This document shows, piece after piece, positions 57,401 through 64,000 of a stretch of 64,000 nt of DNA (the first letter of the stretch is position 1; the number at the start of each line of letters is the position of its first letter). The notes under the pieces are model-generated. The model had not been told where the DNA came from, made no database searches, and was given only the letters and a program-made list of their open reading frames with translations. Made by a program: the position numbers and the translations under genes. Origin of the DNA: Bugula neritina (lineage: Eukaryota > Animalia > Bryozoa); contig OZ037765.1 of assembly GCA_964035545.1 (NCBI GenBank), positions 34,161,504 through 34,225,503 on the forward strand. Direction: 5' to 3'.

Positions 57401-59016
57401 TTCCACTTCCACAGACCGTCCCGTGTGATAAACGCCGCTTTCTCTTGGGCGTCGGGACTCAGAGGAACCTGCCAATAGCCGCTTAGCAAGTCTAACGTAC
57501 TGAAGTACTTGCTGCCGGCTAGGGCGTCCAATGACTCGTCAATACGAGGTAGAGGGTAGGCGTCCTGTATGGTTACGCTATTGAGTTTGCGGTAGTCCAC
57601 ACAGAACCGCCAACTGCCGTCTTTCTTCCGGACCAGTACGACTGGCGAGCTCCACGCACTATGGGCGGGCTCTATCAGTCCCCGGTCCAGAAGATCCCGT
57701 ACTTGTCGGCTAACCTCCTTCTCTTTCTCCGGCCCCAGCCTGCGTGTGGGCTGCCGGACAGGGACTGTCCCTGCAGTCAGCGGTATTTCGTGTCTGACAA
57801 TTCCAGTCAGTCCCACGTCATGCTCTCCGCTGCTGAACACATCACCGTAGTCGCGTAGTAACTTAGCCATAGCTTGGCGCTCTCTGTTACTCGCGCAGCC
57901 ACCACTGGCTGTTTCGTATAACTCCCGGAGATGTGTTGGGACTGCCCCTCGTCCCTGAATAGGGTGTCGAGGGAGTGCCTCTGTCGCATCACCCAGCGAC
58001 GGGCCTACGTCTCCCTCTTGAACAGAGTGGAAACGGCCCAGCATCGACCCAGCCGGGAGCTTGATAGGCTCGGTAAAGGGGTTGACGCACTGCACTAAGA
58101 TCTCCCCTTGCTCAGTCAGCTGATTCAGACTGCTGGCAAGTTGGATCTTTTCGTGCGCGCCTTCAACCACCCCGAGTCCAGAGATCCGGCTACTGTTCAC
58201 CCTGCAGTGAATGGTAGCCCGGGAGCGGCCTGGTATGGTACGGTTGCGTACCACTTGCACACCTCCCACTAAAGGGCAGCCGAACTTGTCGACGCAGGCG
58301 AGTTCCCGCCCGGACATCATCATTGCAGATCTGCTAAAATCTATGTGACATCCGTGCCGTTTAAGGAACGGCATCCCGAGGATAGCATCCTCCTTGAGCT
58401 GACTGACGATGAACGTCTCTTGGATCGTTTGATCGCGGACTCGTCCCGTCAGCTCAATTATACCATAGAAGGGAAGGCACGACCCGTCAGCTAGGGTGCC
58501 GTATTCCCCTTCGTATGCTTCCATCTCGCCCCTGACCCTAGCACTGAGGGTGTCGAAGAGTTGGCGGCTTAAGAGGTTTGTGGTACAGCCCGAATCAATG
58601 AGAAAAGTAACAGCTTTGCCTTCCAGTTTACCGGGCAAGAAATAGCTGTTCCCATGGGGCTGCACCTGAACTCTCCCTTCAGGCCTTACTCTCGCAGGGA
58701 GTACCTCCCTCGCTTTGGGTCGCGAAGGAGGTCTCTTGGGGCGGTGATAGGTAGGCCTCGGGGGTGCCGAGGCTGGATTCTCAGCTACCTTTGTGTGCTC
58801 CCATCCAGATTCTTGGACTTGTAGCCCTGTGAATCTGTTGTGAAGGGGCATAGAAAAGGTAGCCGCGGGGCGAAGCCCCTTGCTGGTCCGTCGCGGCTGT
58901 TGCCACTGTTGGTTGCCAGTACGCGGTACCCGTCTGGGTGACCTGCGTTTCTTCTTCCCTAGAGGTTTCGTCGGCCCGCGGAAGGTGGGAACATCTGCGG
59001 GCCGCGGTAGTTTAAC
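54444..59016 (-). pseudogene. pol: Pol (protease-RT-RNase H-integrase), broken by one 4-bp duplication at 57164-57171
   Basis: FLIDSG, YLDD, DTDAS, H-H-C-C zinc domain, DLVGP/HSDQG/ERNNR and GPY motifs, split over ORFs 57166-59076 and 54444-57263. Confidence 0.93.
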
Positions 59017-59918
59017 CCCTGATTTAGGAAGGGACAATATCGGCGGAAATGTCCTTGATTTCCGCACTCCCAGCAAAAACTGACTGTTTCTCCCTGTGGC
59101 GGCGCCGATGGCCGCATGGGCTCAGGGGCGGTACTCACTGGGTTTTGTGGTGTCAGTGTTGCTATCAGGTTGGCTAGCATGTCCGTCAGTTGAGTGACTT
59201 TTGATGCCGTCGCCAACTGGGACACGGCAGCCGCGGCGGGGGTTTCCTCCCCTTGTCCCGCGGCCGTGTCTGCGCGGTCTATCTCCACTTGGCGGGAGCT
59301 TCCGCGACTTTTATGCATTTGGTTAGCTAGGAGGTAAGCTTCCCCCTCAGTCAGAGCATCTTCAACGGTGGTGACTCCCCTAGCTAGAAACTGGTGGTGG
59401 AGACCCAGATCGTCGACAGATGCTATGAAAGCGTCGAGGGTGTACCTCTCGCGGTTGACTGGGGGCAAGTCGCTGTACGCGATCTGTGCCAGCTTCATGA
59501 CCGCGGCGGCATGCTCCCGCAGCGGGGTGCGGGGATCACGCCGCAACCTCTGTAATCGGGCCCTGGCATCTGTAGCCGAGAGGCCAAAGCGGGCCCGCAG
59601 AGAAGCAAAGATATTATCAATGTCTACGCCCAGCCCATAGGGCTTTGCTTTGTCCATCAATGCCATTCTAAGCTTCAGCAGGGCCACCCTAGGGGGCCAC
59701 TGAGCGACGTCCATTACGTCGCTAAACTCTTGAATAAATTGTTCCACCTCCTCTTCACCCGTGAAGGTGGGCGCCTTTAACCTGTAGCGGTCTTCAGCTA
59801 GTTCTCGCGGAACCCTTCGCTCTTCTACTACATGGTTAACAGGCATTGTCTCTACAGCATTGTCTCTACGCTCACCTTCGATTGCCGGTGGTTGAGTTTC
59901 AGCATTTTCAGTCTCCAT
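58959..59918 (-). CDS. gag: Gag (319 aa)
   Basis: ATG 12 nt after the PBS; capsid-like APTFTG..VEQFI; zinc knuckle CWECGNQGHFRRYC. Confidence 0.92.
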   Translation of the reverse strand: METENAETQPPAIEGERRDNAVETMPVNHVVEERRVPRELAEDRYRLKAPTFTGEEEVEQFIQEFSDVMDVAQWPPRVALLKLRMALMDKAKPYGLGVDIDNIFASLRARFGLSATDARARLQRLRRDPRTPLREHAAAVMKLAQIAYSDLPPVNRERYTLDAFIASVDDLGLHHQFLARGVTTVEDALTEGEAYLLANQMHKSRGSSRQVEIDRADTAAGQGEETPAAAAVSQLATASKVTQLTDMLANLIATLTPQNPVSTAPEPMRPSAPPQGETVSFCWECGNQGHFRRYCPFLNQGLNYRGPQMFPPSAGRRNL

Positions 59919-59930
59919 CTTGGATGCACT

Positions 59931-59948
59931 ATCCCACCGCTGCCACCA
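59931..59948 (-). promoter_or_regulatory. Primer-binding site, tRNA-Leu type
   Basis: TGGTGGCAGCGGTGGGAT lies 1 nt after the 5' LTR and is complementary to the tRNA-Leu 3' end ...ATCCCACCGCTGCCACCA. Confidence 0.85.
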
Positions 59949-59949
59949 C

Positions 59950-60256
59950 TGTTATGTTTTTCAGATTTAGGGTTGATATGCTATCCAGAGAGTCTATTTA
60001 TCTAGTATAGAACTGCACCAGGCTAAGTCGAGTGAACGAGTATATTTTATACACAACTATACATTATAAAAACACGATACATTATTTCCAAACAAGTTAC
60101 ACATCTAATCTATCTCACACTCTAGCTTCGACTGCGTTAGCAGCGGGAAACTACAATTGCTGCTAACTATCAACTACGCTAATTGGCTATCCATTGTTCC
60201 GGGTCAATTACGCGACCCTACATGTTGTGCTGCTGGTAGTTCCACGAACCACCACA
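59950..60256 (-). repeat. 5' LTR
   Basis: 307 bp; no difference from 52749-53055 found on manual comparison. Confidence 0.97.
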
Positions 60257-63200
60257 ATATAAATATTTCAATGATAAATGTAGAGATGATCAGCTAAGTT
60301 TGAAAGCTAGGTTTCAGATGATAACAAATTAACAATCACAATCACAATGAGTATCAGTATGACTATCACTATGAGTATCAGTATGACTATGACTATGAGT
60401 ATGAGCTACCATGAATTTGAAAGGCCGAGCCTGATAACCAATTTATGAGCTTTGCGACATTACTTTGACTTTTAGCTACATAATTATTAATAATATTACT
60501 ATTAGCATTACTATTACAGTATTAGTATTACTATTAGATTCATACTCATATTCATATTGAACTTGAAGTACAATAATAATAATATAATTGCAGAAAATAA
60601 CTGAATTGCGAGACATTGCCTAGGTTTCTAAAATTAAAAAAGATTCAACTCACTGAATTGGAAAATGATATTCTGAGTTTATCGACTCAAACTATTGCAC
60701 ACCCGAAGAATATAGTCAAGAATATTTAGCCAACTCCTTCAACGATTCAACATTGCTAAATTTTTCGCTTTCGCTTATAGGTTTGCTAAATGCAGCACAG
60801 AATCGGAGACTGATTCGTGCAGCATTTGAATTTATCACATTATTCGAACTTTAAAACCGATAATCATCGCGTTCAGCGACCTTCCACACTCTGTGCTGCA
60901 TTAAGCGATCTCTCTTTACGATGATAAAAGGATTAATAGTTGTCACTACAGTGATCCCTCTTTATCTCACGAAGATACAGATCCTCAAAACCTCAATTCG
61001 AGAAGTAGCAAAACACCCGATTTAACTTGCAGGTCGTTAAATTCGACTATTTTGTTTTTGTACACACATACATCAGCATGTACACACACATATACACGTA
61101 CAGTAAGCCAAGGTCCAAATTCTTCTCGAGACCCATGGAATTTTGTGAGAAAGGATCCGTGAAATACGGAGGGAGGACTTGTTCAAGACTAAAATTTGTG
61201 TATTTGACACATCACTACATTCATTATGAAGTGCAGCCTCTTTCTAGTAGAGTAATAGCCTTTGTTTCATTCACAATTTGCAGTATATATGAACCTCAAC
61301 TATATTCAAGTGGTTAGCACATTATATATTCTATATACGGTACTCTTTCTTGTACACTGTGGACATGTAGGCATATGATGATGGGGCAGCCCCACAACCA
61401 TGTCAAACTGTCACAAGAGAAATCTTTAAGGAACTGAAGCTATCACAACACAACATAAATTGTGAAATACAGAAGTAAGAATGATAACATAGACCGAACA
61501 TTTCTCACTGTGGCACTTTTCTGCAACTTTATAGTATTTGAATATTATCTGTATAGCACAGAATACAAACATCTGTAGCCTATGTATCTTGCTAAAATAA
61601 CTCGGCCATTTTCTAGCAAGCTCTCTCATCCTAGCTAGAACTTCTTGACTCAACCCCAGAATAAATCTCTAGATCTGCCGTCTGAACTGAAGCCCAGTTG
61701 TAAGACTTACAGTCACTTCAGATTCAACTTACATACACTATACGTACATACATGATACGTACATACATACATGATACGTACTTACATACATGATATGTAC
61801 ATACATACATGATACGTACATACATACATGATACGTACATACATACATGATACGTACATACATACATGATACGTACATACATACATGATACGTACAGTGA
61901 GATATTTTGTTCCACAAAGACACCGATGATGAGACATGAGACATGAGACGCTTAGTACCAGCATGTCTTGTGTGATAGTAAGCGTGACTAGATCCAGATG
62001 GCACGCTGTACGACATTTTGCTCTGAAATATACAGACACCATGAGTCACCTTTAATACCAGCAAGTGTCCACTGTAGATATACGATGTTGCTGTTAGTAT
62101 TTAAGTGTTACTGTGCAATATCTACTCTACAAAAAGTAAAATATTTAGGCTATGTATTTTGTGATCTGGCACTATTACTATTAGTATTAGACTACTGGTG
62201 TTACTGTAACTATAAGTGTGTAACTATTACTATATTACTATTTCTAATAGTAATAGTAATACTCAAACTAAATATAATACTAATAGTAACTTATTATACT
62301 TCAATGTAATTAACCCAAGAGTTATAATTCACTGCGAGTATAATTTACTGCGAGTATAATTCACTGCGAGTATAATTCACTGCGAGTATATAAGGTCAAG
62401 ATGCCATCTTGCAGTTGCAAATTTTTCATCATATTATATCTATTCATTGATAGGAGCAATTTTCAGTCAGTTATGACTGGATAATGAGTCAGTATTCTGT
62501 AATAACTACACAATACTGTAATACAGTACTCTCTCCATAGTACTCTCTCCATAGGTCATGATCCATTCTCACAAGATTCCATATAGATCATGAAAAGGGC
62601 TTGGACCTTGTGTTATGTCTTTTTTCGTATGTTTACTTGTTTATGCATGTGTGTTTAGGGACAAAAATGGTAAATTCAAATATTAGGAATTATATTACAA
62701 ACAAGTTGAGCATAACTTGTGTATCACAGCTACAAAACTCTCACCATACGCTTATTCATCTATCCCTTATATAGCCATCGTCATATCAGCTAACAAAGCT
62801 TTGCATTATACCAGCATTTTCACATATCTTCACATTTCTCACTGGTTATAGGCAGTATAGCTAATTTGTCAACTGCAAAGGTACTATATAAACTAGAACT
62901 AATACCAAAGAGTATACATAGCTTGGGTGAATATCATTATTATAAAGGTGATGATAGCCAATACCAAAGAGCATACATTTCAACAACCTATCATATTATC
63001 ATATAAACACTATTACTTGCAGTGCAGCACTAACTAGCACACACTAAAAGGGAAGTCACTTATCCCTTCCTAGTCATAGTGAGAAGATAATCAAGTTAGT
63101 TTATGGAAGATATTATGTAACATATGCAGATAGTGAAGAGTATCTCAACTCACCTGCTGACTTCATTTTAATTCACTGTAAGTATAATTTATTTATTATA

Positions 63201-64000
63201 TACATGTAAGTGACTGAAAAGTTCCCTTTGGTATGTGTTAACATGGCAATGGGTGTTTAGGTTGACAATGAACACACCTAAAAGTGTCATTTTTACCTAA
63301 AATCCTATAAGTACATCACCTACCATAACAGGTGTTACTTGATTTTACATCCTTTCCAGAGTATATTATATGATATAACTATATGGCTGGCACATGGTAC
63401 CAGTAGAGATATGTTACAGAAATGTCAAAAGCTAGATTTAGTTTCTAGTACTCTACCATGTATATAGTTGTTACAGATGAGAATGAAGACTATTGAATAC
63501 AACGTTAGAGCTGTAACCAGTGACTACAGGATGGGTCAAAGTGAATCAAGTTAGTAAATCATATAAATACTACGTAACCATGGTAACTACAGGAATTTCA
63601 TACTTTATTTTTATGTGTTATGACATTCAGGTGCAGTAGTGATGAAGTTGAGATAGCCTAAGTCTTTATTGTTCATAACAAACTATACGTTGGTGTGCAG
63701 GTTTACATTCTCACGAGAACATAACTTCTTTTGCTACATTTCTGATCTAGAAACACATGTGATTTTCTTTTGTCATTGCATTGCACTATTTGGACCACAA
63801 CTGAGTAATATATTTCTCGTGTTTATTATATAATGTTATATATTATATAATATTACATACTGATTGTTAGTTATATAATGATTTAGTCTCACCCATTTAT
63901 TTCTATATACAGTGTTGAGTGAGATCTCTTCATTGAAATTCTCATGAGAACATAACTTCTTCTCTTACATTTCTAAACTACAGTCTCATTACTTTGCACC

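Larger units (their letters stand above)
52749..60256 (-). mobile_element. Full-length Ty3/Gypsy LTR retrotransposon (7.5 kb)
   Basis: Two 307-bp LTRs with TG...CA ends; ATAT TSD at 52745-52748 and 60257-60260; PBS; purine-rich tract before the 3' LTR; gag followed by PR-RT-RH-IN. Confidence 0.98.

Noticed and set aside
61426-61653. 75-aa minus-strand ORF
   Set aside because: No recognisable motif, non-ATG start, no coherent exon chain.
63000-63180. Possible minus-strand mini-exon ATG AAG TCA GCA G|GTGAGT of another secreted peptide
   Set aside because: The next plausible acceptor leads to an immediate stop; no supportable CDS.
63708-63975. ~35-bp imperfect direct repeat with TTCTCA(C/T)GAGAA palindrome
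   Set aside because: Only two copies at the window edge, with no context to interpret.

Overview
AT-rich animal (invertebrate-like) genomic DNA with spliced genes. Most short ORF-track entries are exon fragments or minisatellite artefacts. Left to right: (1) the 3' part of KATNIP/KIAA0556 (+, to 15473), with a 5'-truncated RTE LINE, a GC-AG intron, a U12-type intron and a candidate 18-nt microexon; (2) COX6B1 (-), whose first CDS intron holds a decayed Academ-type DNA transposon with a nested RTE fragment; (3) SNRNP200/Brr2 (+, 23229-39932), divergent from COX6B1; (4) TMEM186 (-); (5) ADPRM (-), whose 5.1-kb intron contains an opposite-strand 4-exon gene, missed by the ORF track, encoding a secreted 96-aa double-knottin (two tandem conotoxin-like C-C-CC-C-C domains); (6) a young full-length Gypsy LTR retrotransposon (-) with identical LTRs, tRNA-Leu PBS, a -1 frameshift signal and a spliced zinc-finger/RS/coiled-coil third gene where env normally sits. 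Two window-wide patterns stand out: 6-bp-periodic A[C/G]T-NNN tracts beside the inferred promoters, and intron-specific minisatellites built from the splice sites themselves. Everything was read by hand; no searches were run, and boundaries marked ~ are approximate.
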